64,000 nucleotides of DNA, taken from NCBI RefSeq assembly GCF_006345805.1, contig NC_043019.1, positions 25,481,360-25,545,359 of the forward strand, read 5' to 3'. Under the pieces are notes generated by a model. That model made no database searches. It worked only from the letters and a program-made list of their open reading frames with translations, and was not told the origin of the DNA. The translations under genes and the position numbers were made by a program. Every line of letters starts with the position of its first letter. Positions within the stretch are counted from its first letter, which is position 1. Positions 49,720-63,859 of this stretch are shown here, piece by piece. Source of the DNA: Octopus sinensis. Lineage: Eukaryota.

Positions 49720-50520
49720 AAGGAAATTGAGAGTGGAGGGGGGAGTGGTGTCCTCGAGTGAGTTTATTGAAAGCTGGGTGAACGTTACGACAATGGCAAG
49801 TATGGATGGTACGTGTAAGTCGGAGAGAAGGAATGGGAGAGAGCACTTGCTCTTGGTGTTCAGGGAAATGTCGGACAGTGGGGTCCCTCTATTATCCCTA
49901 GAGGTCCTCCTGTATCAGGAGAGCTATATCTTTATCATCCTCCTCACTTTTTTATATACTATTTGTATACTATGTATATGGCCTTTTTTTGTATATTATG
50001 TATATGGCTCTTTTCGTGCATACATACTTTTTTCTTCTTTCTTTATCATTTCAATATATGTAAACCCCAACACTTTATGTCTGTCCTTGTGTGGAGGCGC
50101 AATGGCCCAGTGGTTAGGGCAGCAGACTCGCGGTCATAGGATCGCGGTTTCGATTCCCAGACCGGGCGTTGTGAGTGTTTATTGAGCGAAAACACCTAAA
50201 AGCTCCACGAGGCTCCGGCAGGGGATGGTACTGCTGTACTCTTTCACCACAACTTTCTCTCACTCTTACTTCCTGTTTCTGTTGTACCTGTATTTCAAAG
50301 GGCCGGCCTTGTCACTCTCTTTGTCACCTGAATATCCCCGAACCGTTAGGGTGCACGTGTCTGTGGAGTGCTCAGCCACTTACACGTTAATTTCACGAGC
50401 AGGCTGTTCCGTTGATTCGGATCAACTGGAACCCTCATCGTCGTTACCGACGGAGTGCTTCCATCCATGTCTGTCTTGTATTGTCCCCTTTATACTTCGC
50501 TCTTGCGGCAAATAAATGAA
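49720..50520 (+). mobile_element. Tx1/L1-clade LINE 3' end, split by a SINE C insertion
   Basis: LRVEGGVVSSSEFIESWVNVTTMASMDG is similar to the 29016-29145 peptide. T-rich 3' UTR ends cttgcggcaaataaatgaa then (att/atc)n. Confidence 0.65.
50091..50466 (+). mobile_element. SINE family C with TSD
   Basis: TSD atgtctgtccttgt / atgtctgtcttgt. Confidence 0.9.
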
Positions 50521-50548
50521 ATTATCATCATCATTATTATTATTATTA

Positions 50549-50604
<56 letters not shown>

Positions 50605-50622
50605 GTTATTATTATCATTATT

Positions 50623-51083
50623 GAGTGAGAGAGCAGTTCATGCCATCAAAGTGACACTGGGGTAAAAATATCGAAGCCCAATATACCCATCATGACTACC
50701 CGTCTGATAAGGGTACACCAGGCACATGCATCACAACCATATGTGCGCGACATGGTGATCTCTATCAAGATAAACAGCGCATGACCTTGCAGGTGGGGCC
50801 CAGTTAGAATTTTCTTCAGGTTGAGTAGCCCATCCCGCTCAAAACGTCCCTGAATAAGGGTTGTTAAGGATGTTGAAAGAACCACCCATGTTTCCAGAGG
50901 TGAATTATTCAAACCCCAAAGAACCCTCTCAACACATGGCTATGATGCTCCCCCACTACTTCTGCTCGTGATCTGAGATGCACATATCGTCAGCACTAAG
51001 GACATGGTCAAACTGGTGTAAGGTCAAACAACTGACAAGCAAATCTGTGGTATTGAGCAGAATATTTGCTGTAGCCCATCTTT
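50623..51083 (-). mobile_element. Family D element, truncated copy
   Basis: Near-identical to 51999-52544 but lacks about 100 bp at one end. (ATT)n on both sides. Confidence 0.85.
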
Positions 51084-51998
<915 letters not shown>

Positions 51999-52544
51999 GA
52001 GTGAGAGAGCAGTTCATGCCATCAAAGTGACACTGGGGTAAAATATACGAAGCCCAATATACCCATCATGACTACCCGTCTGATAAAGGTACACAGGCAC
52101 ATGCATCACAACCATATGTGCGCGACATGGTGATCTCATATCAAGATAAACAGCACATGACCTTGCAGGTGGGGCCCAGTTAGAATTTTCTTCAGGTTGA
52201 GTAGCCCATCCCGCTCAAACGGTCCCTGAATAAGGGATGTTGAAAGAACCACCCATGTTTCCAGAGGTGAACTATTCAAGCCCCAAAGAATCCCTCTCAA
52301 CACATGGCTATGATGCTCCCCCACTACTTCTGCTCGTGATCAGAGATGCACATATCGTCAGCCACTAAGGACATGCTCAACTGGTTAAGGTCAAACAACT
52401 GACAAGCAAATCTGTGGTATTGAGCAGAATATTTGCTGTAGCCCATCTTTATACCAAGACAAAACAATGTACATGATAACACTTCCAATCAGTTAAGATC
52501 AGAAGCCATGAGAGCCACTGCCTGGTATACTGCATCAGGGCATT
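51999..52544 (-). mobile_element. Family D element, apparently full length (about 545 bp)
   Basis: Same two ends as 57532-58084. (ATT)n on both sides, no TIRs, no ORF. Confidence 0.85.
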
Positions 52545-52556
52545 ATTTTATTATTA

Positions 52557-52597
<41 letters not shown>

Positions 52598-52617
52598 GAT
52601 CATCATCATCATCATCA

Positions 52618-52668
<51 letters not shown>

Positions 52669-52870
52669 TATTATTATTTTTTATTATCATCATCATCATT
52701 ATCATCATAATCATCATCATAACATCATTATTATCATCCTCATTATGGCGGTGAGCTGGCAGAATCGTTAGCCCATCGGACGAAATGCTTAGCGGTATTC
52801 GTATGCCGTTACGTTCTGGGTTGAAATTCTGTTAATATTATTATTATTATTTATTATTATTATTATTATC

Positions 52871-53540
52871 TTACTTTCAATCTGCATGTTTGTTACAATC
52901 ACTTGCCGAGACACTCCCAGCGTCCAAGGCTAGTGAAAGATAAGAGAAGTTACAGCATGACTGACAGTTTGGGGTGGGGAAAGTGGTAGGGGCAGTAGCG
53001 AAATATTTTCATGTAATACAACACATTTAGATGGATAGGATTTTTCTAAGTATTTGGGCAGTACTTGGATTCCTCTGAGATATGGTTCTCCTGAGGTCTT
53101 ATCTAGATATTTCTGGCACCCCCACTTTTTTTTAATCATATTTAGGACACCTACAATAACAGGAACAGTTCTCGTTTGAAGAAAACTTCCAGGTCCTTAT
53201 GTTGACTTAATTTGTGAAATTATTTTACAGATATACTTTTATCTTTGGGAACACTTACAACTATTAATCTACAAGTATTTTCTGGCCTGTCCTTAATGAC
53301 TATGCCTGGTCGATTAGCTTGGATCGTTCTGTCGGTGTTGACTGGAAAATCCCAGAGGATAGTGACATTTTTACCTTCAACAGCCGGCTCAGTATGATGT
53401 TCATACCAGTAAGCAGGAGAGCTGATTTTGTAGTGTTTACATATTTTCTAATGAAAATACTGTCCTACTCTATCGTGGTGATTTTTGTATTCGTTTGGTG
53501 TCAGCGCAGGATATTCCTAGTGCTCGTACAACCACTGGTA
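52871..53540 (-). mobile_element. R4/Dong-clade LINE 3' fragment (distinct family)
   Basis: HHDRVGQY, WYEHH, ILWDFPVNTDRTIQANRPGIVIKD. Flanked by (GAA)n and (TAA)n on the element strand. Confidence 0.85.
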
Positions 53541-53715
53541 TTGTAGCCGTCTATTCTTCTTCTTCTTCTTCTTCTTCTTCTTCTTCTTCTTCTTCTTCTT
53601 CTTCTTCTTCTTCTTCTTCTTCTCTTCTTTTCGTTCTTCTTCTTCTTCTTCTCTTCTCTTCTTCTCTTTCTTCGTCTATTCTTTCTTCTTCTTCTTCTTC
53701 TTCTTCTTCTCTTCT

Positions 53716-54157
53716 TATATGTTTGATTTTTGCTTTGTATTTGTACAAGTTGACTCCAAGTCTCACCCAGGAACCTCAAGAGACAACAAGTTAGAAGTTC
53801 AAGCTGGTATTATGCCTAGGGTGTCGGTTTTGCATAAAGTATTGTTCTGGAGAATATTTAAGAAAACATAAGAAAATTATAAGTTTCTTTTAAAATTAGA
53901 GATTACATGGACTGTATTTTACGTAGGATATGGCAGTTCCCATGAGCACTATCTTTTGAATTTCTGCCATCTTGGAAGGTTTCCTGGTATTTGAGCTATG
54001 TAGGAATCAGTCTATTTTTCAATCATTCGTAGGGCACCTATGACAACAGGTATTGTTTTAGTCTTGAGGTTCCACATTTTACCAATTTCTCTTTCAAGAT
54101 CTTTGTATTTGCTCAGTTTTTGGTAGGTCTTGATAGATCATTTATGGATATATTTAC

Positions 54158-54160
<3 letters not shown>
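53716..54160 (-). mobile_element. R4/Dong-clade LINE 3' fragment (distinct family)
   Basis: KLSKYKDLEREIGKMWNLKTKTIPVVIGAL. Flanked by (TAA)n and (GAA)n on the element strand. Confidence 0.85.
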
Positions 54161-54230
<70 letters not shown>

Positions 54231-54233
<3 letters not shown>

Positions 54234-56202
54234 TAGTTTTATTTTATAGCGTGCTTTCACTTCACTACCGAGCGCAGCTCTGTGTGCCTTGATTTGTTGT
54301 GATGCTCTGATGGTTATTGTATGGAAAGTGTTCTGCGTAGGATGTGTGCATTGCCTAGTAGTGCAATTTTCTGTATGTTATATGTGTTTGTAGTCCTGGT
54401 GTTTTTGTTATGTATTTGTCTGAATATTTTTTTTATCATGCCTAATGCACCTACTATGATAGGAATTGTTTCTGTTTTCAGGTTCCACATTCTAGTTACC
54501 TCTATTTCCAGGTCTTTGTATTTGAGAGTTTCTCCATTTCTTTGAGAGACACGTTGTCATCTCTGCCGGTATTGATACATCAATTAGAAAGCATTTTTTT
54601 TCTTCATGATCTCTGACAACTATATCGGTCTGTTGGCCTTAATTTCTCTATCTGTGTGTATCGGCATATCCAGAGTATGGTTGCTTTCTCGTTTTCTCTG
54701 TGACCTTTTCTGGTGTGTGCCTATACCATCTTTTTCTGTTGTTATTCCATAATGTTGGCATAGCTTCCAATGTATGTAGGTTCCAACTCTGTCATGTCTG
54801 TGAATATATTCCTTCTTAGCCAGGACTGGGCAGCTAGAGATAATATGATTATTGTTTCTTGTCCATCTCCACATATTCTGCGTTACTTGTAATATTTCTT
54901 TTCATTACATGTTTTTGGGTAATTTCTTGGTGGGAGGCTTTTTGGTCTTCTGCTGCAATTAAAAATCCCTCTGTTTCTGCTTTGAGTCCTGAGCTTCTCA
55001 ACCATTGCTGGGATTTTTCTTTGTCTATTTCTTTTGCGTTTAGTTTAGTGCAGTATTTACCATGAAGGGGGGCTTTTCTTGCCATCGTTTTATCATGGCT
55101 CGTTGCTGTTCTATTTTTAGTTTGGATTTCATTTGTTTTTAGCTTTTGTTGTTTCTTCTTCATCATCTTCTTCTTCTTCTTTGTTTTTATTAGGTGGTAT
55201 GATTTCCTTGTTTGTATTTGTCAGCTTCCTTAAATACTGAGAACAGTTTTTTGTTTTGCTCGTGTTTTGCTGCTATCTGGATCAGTTTTCCTTCCTTCTG
55301 AAGTAGGTATTTTTGCAGTCCTATGGTGGTTATTTTATAGTAGTTTTCCAGCTGTATAAGGCCTCTACCACCTTCTATACGTTGTATATATAGTCTTTCT
55401 ATGTCAGATTTTGGGTGATGCATCCTAGATCCTGTCAGTATTTTTCTTGTTTTCCTATCTATTTTGGACAGTTCATTCGTGTCCAGTTAAGGATATTGTA
55501 GCTGTAACTTATAACTGGGACAGCTAAAGTGTTGATACCTATTATCTTGTTTTTAGCATTGAGCTCTGTTTTAGTATTGATCTAACTCGTCTATAATATT
55601 CTTTTTTTTTATTTTCTCTTTCATTTGTGTGTGTTGTTCTTATCTGTTCATGGATTCCTAAGTATTTGTAAGTTTGGCTTTGGTCTAATTCTTTTTATTT
55701 CATTGGTTTTATCTAGTGTGATGTTGTTACTCTTAACTAGTTTTCCTCTTTTCATGGTTACTTTGGCGCATTTTTCTAATCCAAATTTCATATCTATTTC
55801 TTTGGTAAATCATGAACTGTCTTTAATAGTGTTTCCAGCTGTTTGTCTTTGCAGCCTATAGTTTTAGGTCATCCATATATAAAAGGTGGCTGATCGTTTT
55901 GCCGTACATTTATATCCGCATCCAGTTCTATTTAGCATATCAGATAGAGGTGACAGTGCCAAGCAGAAAAGGAGTGGAGAGAGCGTGTCTCCCTGGAATA
56001 TTCCTCTTCTAATGGTGGATGTCTTTGGTTTTCATGAGTCCCTCTTTTGTTTGGAGGTGTAGGACTGTTTGCCATTTATTCATAGAGTGCTCTATGAATT
56101 TTATGATTGTTGGTGCTACTTTGTTAATGGCTAGTGTTTCGAGGATCCATGTGTGTGTGTGGGGGGGTGCTATCAAACGCCTTTTTGTAGTCAATCCAGG
56201 CC
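54231..56202 (-). mobile_element. R4/Dong-clade LINE, 5'-truncated at RT (AWID), embedded in (TAA)n on both sides
   Basis: AWIDYKKAFDS, GIFQGDTLSPLLF, HLLYMDDLKLY, YKYLG, HHPKSDIERLY..GGRGL, HIISSCPVLAKKEYIHRHD, ANRP, IPIIVGALG and HILRRTLS. Confidence 0.92.
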
Positions 56203-56256
<54 letters not shown>

Positions 56257-56567
56257 CATCAATAATATTAATATACTACCTTTTTATTTTTGCACGTACC
56301 TGTTGTTTTCGTCACACTTCAAAGAAGTGGCAAAGTGAGAGAAAGAGACAGAGAAGAAGTAAGAGAGAGAGAGAGAGAGAGAGAGAGTGTGTGTGTGTGT
56401 GAGAGAGAGAGAGAAAAAGAGAGAGTAGGAGAGAAAGTGAGAGAGTGATAGAGAAAGAGAGAGTGAAAGAGACAGTGAGTGATGACGGCGTACGTTTTGT
56501 GTTTTTAAATGTTTCAGAGAGGAAGAAAGAAAGAAAGAGAGAGAGAGAAACATTGAAAGAGAAAGAG

Positions 56568-56599
<32 letters not shown>

Positions 56600-57531
56600 A
56601 AAGGAAAGAGAGAGAGTGAATGAGACACTGAACGGTGATGGCGTTCATCGCAAGAAAGTAGATACATAGACACATATGTACATTGGAAAATCAAAAGCGG
56701 GAGAGAAAAAGGACACAAAGGAAGTGAAAGAGAAAGAAAGAAACGAGAGAGACAGCAGATACATGAATCCAAAGAAAAGTTCATACAGAGATACATACAC
56801 AGAGCAAATATCGGATGTCAATTTCACTTTTCATTGCCACACGAGGCTAAAATTAGCTCACAAATGGCTTAGTGGTCCACAGACATGCATAACATTAACG
56901 TGATTCTCAGGGAAATTCAACCTCACACAGAATATGACAAGGCTGGCCCCTTTGAATTACAGCTACAACTCGAGACATATATATATGAATGTATTGTGTG
57001 TGTGTGTGTGTATAGTTTAGGTTAGTTAAAACATGTTTGCCATAATAAGCGTCGCGTGGTGGAAATAAATGCAATTACCAAACTTTCATTCATAAATCCA
57101 TTTATTTCGTTCTGTTGCATTTCAATTTGTACATTAAGGTTCTTTGAATATGTTCGATGTATTTTAAGGTTAAATAGTAATTCCGTTTACGTTTGTGTAA
57201 CTGAGATATTTTGGTTGGATTATATCGTCATTGGTGTTACATTACTTTCTGTATTCTTTAAATGTCACAATATACTTTTCTAGGCCTGAATTTTTTGTGG
57301 GGAGGGAGCCAGTTGATTAGATCGACCCCAGTACACAACTGATACTTAATTTATCGACCCCGAGAGGACAAAAGGCAAAGTCGATTTCGGCAGAATTGGA
57401 ACTCAGAACGTAAAAACAGACGGTCATAATATACAAACATTTCTCATGGCACCAGTACACTGTTTAGAGATGCTAATATTTTTATGTTTTCCGTGAATTT
57501 TTCACGGGTCCAGCTAGTTATTATTATTATT

Positions 57532-58084
57532 GAGTGAGAGAGCAGTTCATGCCATCAAAGTGACACTGGGGTAAAATATACGAAGTCCAATATACCCATC
57601 ATGACTACCCGTCTGATAAGGGTACACCAGGCACATGCATCACAACCATATGTGCGCGACATGGTGATCTCATATCAAGATAAACAGCACATGACCTTGC
57701 AGGTGGGGCCCAGCTAGAATTTTCTTCAGGTTGAGTAGCCCATCCTGCTCAAAACGTCCCTGAATAAGGGTTGCTTTAGGATGTTGAACGAAACACCTAT
57801 GTTTCCAGAGGTGAACCATTCAAACTCCAAAGAATCCCTCTCAACACATGGCCATGATGCTCCCCCACTACTTCTGCTCGTGATCAGAGATGCACATATC
57901 GTCAGCCACTAAGGGAAATGCTCAACTGGTTAAGGTCAAACAACTGACAAGCAAATCTGTGGTATTGAGCAGAATATTTGCTGTAGCCCATCTTTTATAC
58001 AAGACAAAACAATGTACATGATAACACTTCCAATCAGTTAAGATCAGAAGCCATGAGAGCCACTGCCTGGTACTGCATCAGGGC
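57532..58084 (-). mobile_element. Family D element, apparently full length
   Basis: Near-identical to 51999-52544. (ATT)n flanks. A diverged short piece follows at about 58239-58293. Confidence 0.85.
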
Positions 58085-58100
58085 ATTATTATTATTATTA

Positions 58101-58148
<48 letters not shown>

Positions 58149-58170
58149 TCATCATCATCATCATCATCAT

Positions 58171-58238
<68 letters not shown>

Positions 58239-58319
58239 GAAAGTGCAATACATGCCATCAAAGTGTCATTGGGGTATAATATACGAAGCCCAGCATGATA
58301 AAAATTAAAAATTTACAAA

Positions 58320-58500
58320 GGTGCAGGAGTGGCTGTGTGGTAAGTAGCTTGCTAAACAACCACATGGTTCCGGGTTCAGTCCCACCGCGTGTCATCTGGG
58401 CAAGTGTCTTCTGCTATAGCCCCGGGCCGACCATGCCTTGTGAGTGGATTTGGTAGACGGAAACTGAAAGAAGCCTGTCGTATATATTTATATATATGTA
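58320..58500 (+). mobile_element. SINE family B 5' half abutting the assembly gap
   Basis: Family B head and CORE-like block. Confidence 0.85.
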
Positions 58501-58501
58501 C

Positions 58502-58601
58502 NNNNNNNNNNNNNNNNNNNNNNNNNNNNNNNNNNNNNNNNNNNNNNNNNNNNNNNNNNNNNNNNNNNNNNNNNNNNNNNNNNNNNNNNNNNNNNNNNNN
58601 N
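58502..58601. other. Assembly gap (100 N, probably unsized)
   Basis: Exactly 100 N. Confidence 1.
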
Positions 58602-58833
58602 CTGTCTGTCTCTCGCAATGTCTCTTCCCTTTGTCTCTCTGTCTCTTTCTCTCTGTTTATTTAAAGCGTTTCTCAATTTGCCTTCCTGCCTGCCTGTCTG
58701 TCTGTCCGTTTGTTTACTTTATTTCAATAATTTCTGTTCAACGTAAAACAAAACGACACAACGCATACGCACGCAAATCCGGGCGAATTTCTTGGCATTT
58801 GTATGCACGTAATCACTCACATATACACACACA

Positions 58834-58880
<47 letters not shown>

Positions 58881-58895
58881 CACACACACATACGC

Positions 58896-58933
<38 letters not shown>

Positions 58934-59110
58934 GCACACGCAACACAACACACACACACACACATACGCACACGCACACACACACACACACACAACACAC
59001 GCACGCGCGCGTACGCGCCAGCACGCTCTAAAGCGCAACCAGAAAGTGTCAGATTTTAAAACATATTCTGAAAAAAACGCACAAAAATACATCTCAATCG
59101 TACTCACATA

Positions 59111-59163
<53 letters not shown>

Positions 59164-59290
59164 CACACACACACACACACACAGACACACACACACACAC
59201 ACACAGAAGCCATTTCGCCCAAAAGTACACGCAGGTACGCAAACATTTGATAATATGCACATATATACATTAAAAGCATTCTGCTCGTAG

Positions 59291-59328
<38 letters not shown>

Positions 59329-59916
59329 TCTCTCTCTCTCTCACTAAATCTCATACGTATATACACACTGAATACTGCACACGGCCGTACCCTCAACTAC
59401 AGATGCTCCCACACTCATGTGCACACACTCACAAACGTGCATGCACATCCACCCACATACACACACTCATGCACACGCATACACACATGCACACACACAC
59501 TCATGAAACCCAGCATACGCACATACACAGCAGCACACACACGCGCTCATTCACGCGTACACACACGCGTTTGCACACTCAAGCGTACATACACACACGC
59601 GCACACTCACGCGTACACACGTACACACGCGCGCACACTCACGCGTACACACACTCACGCATAGACACACGCGCGCATTTGCACTCTCACGCGTACACAC
59701 ACACACACACACACACGCACGCTCACGCGTACACACACACGCACACTCACGCGTACACACACACGCGCGCACACTCACGCGTACGCACGTACGCTCACTC
59801 ACGCGTACGCACATACCTTCACTCACGCGTACGCACGTACGCTCACTCACACACACTCATACGCTTGCTCCCCCACCCATCACCACCACCACCACACACA
59901 AAGGGACTCCACTTAC

Positions 59917-60055
59917 CGTCCAGATCTGCCGACCTGTTGTTCCGAGCCGCCGCTACCTGCGCCGCCTCTGCTGCTGCCGCTGCTGCTGTTGCTGCCACCG
60001 CCGCCGCCTCGCCATTGGTTTTATCGTTATTGATGAGGTTACTGTTGAAATCCAT
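59917..60055 (-). CDS. Probable first coding exon of an unidentified gene (poly-Ala N-terminus)
   Basis: ATG at 60055. MDFNSNLINNDKTNGEAAAVAATAAAAAAEAAQVAAARNNRSADLD, GC-rich codons, consensus donor gacg|gtaagt in phase 1. Confidence 0.65.
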
Positions 60056-60129
60056 TGACAAATGAATCACACTCGGCACCCTTGGGTGTGGAATTATTGT
60101 TTGTTTGTCTTGTTTACACCTGCTTCTGT

Positions 60130-61239
60130 CTGATTCGGGATCCCTACCACCTTTTCTTCGTTTAATATCTTCCGTCTCCCTTCAGTTATGTCGTCTGCTT
60201 TTCAATATTTCTCTCTCTATAATCCAATGTCGCTTTTCTCTTCTTTTATTTTCCGCCTCTCCTCTCTAATACACGTCTCTTTCTCTTCTCTTTCTTTCTG
60301 CCAAACGATCTCTTCTTTCTTTCTTTCCTTTCTTCTTCCTTCCTCCTTTTCTTTCTTTCTGTCCTCAATTGTGTCGTCTGCTCATCAATCAATTTTCTTT
60401 TTTCATTCGTTCGTACTTTCTTGTTTATATCCTTCCTTTGTTTTGCTTTTATTCATTTTTTCCCTGTTTCTTTCTTCTTTGCTTTGGCTTCGATCTATTT
60501 ATTTTCTTCCTTTAACCTTTCCGTCGTTATTCCTTTGAATCTATTGATCTATCTCTCTATCAAAGAATCATTTACGCCACCTACCAGTCTCAACCATCAA
60601 TCTTTATCCATATTATCTCTATATTTTTCCTATTTATTCTATCCCTTCGAAGCCTCCTTCATTCTTTCATTTTTCCCTACCTTTCACATTATCCAAACAC
60701 ACTCGTCTTTCTTCTTTTTCCTTTGGTCTCTTTCCTCTTGTTTTCCTTTGTTCTTTCTTTCCTTTTAACACGTTTCTCCGTTATTCTTGTATTCAGAATG
60801 TCTTTTTATCTATCTCTCCGTTGATCGTTTATTTATTTCAACATTTCGTTGTCTGTTTCCATCTTCACGATTCCTATAAGCTCTTTTACTCTCTTTCTAT
60901 CTCTTTCTCTCTATATATATATATGTATACTTTATATGTTCTCCAGCGTTTTCTTCTTTTCTTTCCTTTCTTCTTTCAAGTTTTTCTTCCCTTTCTTCTT
61001 AATTAACGTCTTTTTATCTTTCATTCCTTCTCACGTATTTTACCTTTTTTACTCTCTTCTTCCATTCCTTAATAATTATATTCCTTTATCCTTTTAATCC
61101 TTTATCCTTATACTTTTCTTGGATTCAGTTTCTTCCGTCTTTCCTTCTCATATTATAACAATATCACACTTCGAGTTCTTTTGGCTAAATTTCCATTTGT
61201 AAATAATTCATTTACGATTTTGTTATTGTATTTATCATA

Positions 61240-61272
<33 letters not shown>

Positions 61273-61560
61273 GCTGATTATTATTTTTCTTCTTGCCAAT
61301 TTCTTTCTACACGTTTACTTGCTAATCTTAAATTTATTTCTGCCATCAAAAGAAAGCATCGTTTGCGAAGAAAAAAACATCAATATTCTTTTCACATTCT
61401 GAATATTCTATTTTGTTTTTGTTTGGGAGTTGGTTCCTGTCAATTTAAGGCCCATATCTTTTTATCTTCTCTCCCGTTTCCTCTTCATTTCATCTCTAAA
61501 TCTTTATCTTCCTCGTTTTTTTTTTCCTCCTCTTCCTTTTACTGAGGTGATCCCTGTTAC
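60130..61560. other. About 1.4-kb pyrimidine-rich (+ strand) low-complexity tract upstream of the poly-Ala exon
   Basis: Strong C/T skew without a simple repeat unit. Confidence 0.8.
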
Positions 61561-61852
61561 TGTGATGTCAACAATAGTTCTGTCTTTATTTAATAATAAC
61601 GATAATGATAACAATAATAATAATAATAATAATAATGATTCGCTGTTTAAAATAAACTCCGTTTGTGGTGCGAACGTTCAGTGATGCGATTCCAGTCTGT
61701 TCCTCCGTGCTTCTGCAAATTGTATGATGACAATGACGCGTGGAAGAAGGAAGTTCACATGACATGCGAGAGCACCGCACGCAGAAACATACTGACATAC
61801 ACACATTCACCCAGTGGAAACACTATTCTACACGCACGCACGCACGCACATA

Positions 61853-61897
<45 letters not shown>

Positions 61898-62460
61898 ATA
61901 TATATACTATATATTCACACACAAACACGAGCACACCTACTCAACAACAACGTATAATACTATATCAACGTGTGTGACTTTAGAACACCTACATGCAAAC
62001 ATAATTTAAAATCCTTTTCCATACATAATCAACAAAATTATGATCATCAGGTAGCAGAAAAGAGGTAGCAGAAACGATGATAAATTACCGTATTGAAACA
62101 CCTGGCTTTAATTACTTTACATCCCCTTGCAATATATACATCTCCTCCATATCCGCTATCTCTAGTTCTTCCTCTAGTGACCACCACAGATGGAAAAGAG
62201 GACGTTCGACGAACCACATTCTTTCACCACGAACTAACTTCCTCGGGTGGAATTCGAACTCAGAATGTTAACTACCTCAGTCCCTACGTTACAATTTGTG
62301 TTTGTATATCCGCTGAGAAGGGGCTTAATTTTTTATCCATACCAGCTGTCTTTTAGGGGTTGCTATCAGCTACCCTCTTCCACACAGCATGTGAGACTTT
62401 GTAGCTATTTTACATGAGAAAATAAAATTAAATCTTTGGCTGAACAATAATAAAAATAAA

Positions 62461-62534
<74 letters not shown>

Positions 62535-62548
62535 TAATGATAATGATG

Positions 62549-62609
<61 letters not shown>

Positions 62610-62668
62610 TAATAATAATATCAATAATAATAATGATAATATCAATAATAATAATATCAATAATAATA

Positions 62669-62724
<56 letters not shown>

Positions 62725-62733
62725 GTAATAGTA

Positions 62734-62764
<31 letters not shown>

Positions 62765-62990
62765 TCCTTTCTATAATAGGTACAAGGCCTGAAATTTGGG
62801 GGGGGATGGGGGCTGTCGATTAGATCGACCCCCAGTACGCCACTGATACTTAATTTATCGACCTCGAAGGGATGAAAAGGCAAAGTCGACCTCGGCGGAA
62901 TTAGAACTCAGAACGTGAAAACGCACGAAACGTCGCCAGACATTTAACTCGGCAACATGCCACCAGATTCTGTCAGCTCGCTGCCTTCAA
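62765..62990 (-). mobile_element. SINE family A, full length, between long (AAT)n tracts
   Basis: Reverse-complement family A with standard tail. Confidence 0.9.
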
Positions 62991-63006
62991 TAACAATAAT
63001 AACAAC

Positions 63007-63075
<69 letters not shown>

Positions 63076-63162
63076 TAATAATATAATTAATATTATTATT
63101 ACTATATATTTTTTATTATTAGTATTATTATATTATTATTATCATTATCATTATTATTATTA

Positions 63163-63198
<36 letters not shown>

Positions 63199-63406
63199 TT
63201 AAAATCATTGTTTATATGTGTTGTTTATTGAGCAATTTATTTGTTGATATTTTTGTTGTTGTTGTCGTTTGCAGCATTTACACGAAAAACATGCACACGA
63301 TATTCACTGTATTTGTATACAAAGAACCAAATACACGCGTGCACGCGCGCGTACGTGCATGCATGCACGCGCGCACCTGTGTGTGCGTGTACGCGTGTAC
63401 GCGTGC

Positions 63407-63439
<33 letters not shown>

Positions 63440-63807
63440 TGTATGTTGGACACCAGACGGAAAAAGGTCTGGTGCCTGATGTTACTATTTATATCGTGTC
63501 CTGCTCTGTCGCTCTGTCCTGGAAAAATTTGCGGACTGACAATTAAAGATCGATAAAATAAATAATTATGTGAAATAAGTCCTTCGGGACCAATATGATA
63601 AAGTGAACCATTGAAGGTAGTGCTACATCATGGCCGCTGCCTAATACCTATAGATGTACAGGTTAGATCATGTATATATATATATATATATTTATAACAC
63701 CGATACATACATATATATATATATGATATATATATATATATAATATATATATATAATATATATATATATATAATACATATACATATTACAACACACACCA
63801 CACACAC

Positions 63808-63859
<52 letters not shown>

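Noticed and set aside
50091-50170. tRNA genes at SINE heads
   Set aside because: A/B boxes are followed by SINE bodies and TSDs, and no complete cloverleaf is evident.
56284-56827. Charged/hydrophobic ORFs in GA-rich tract
   Set aside because: Low-complexity (GA)n-derived sequence without splice signals.
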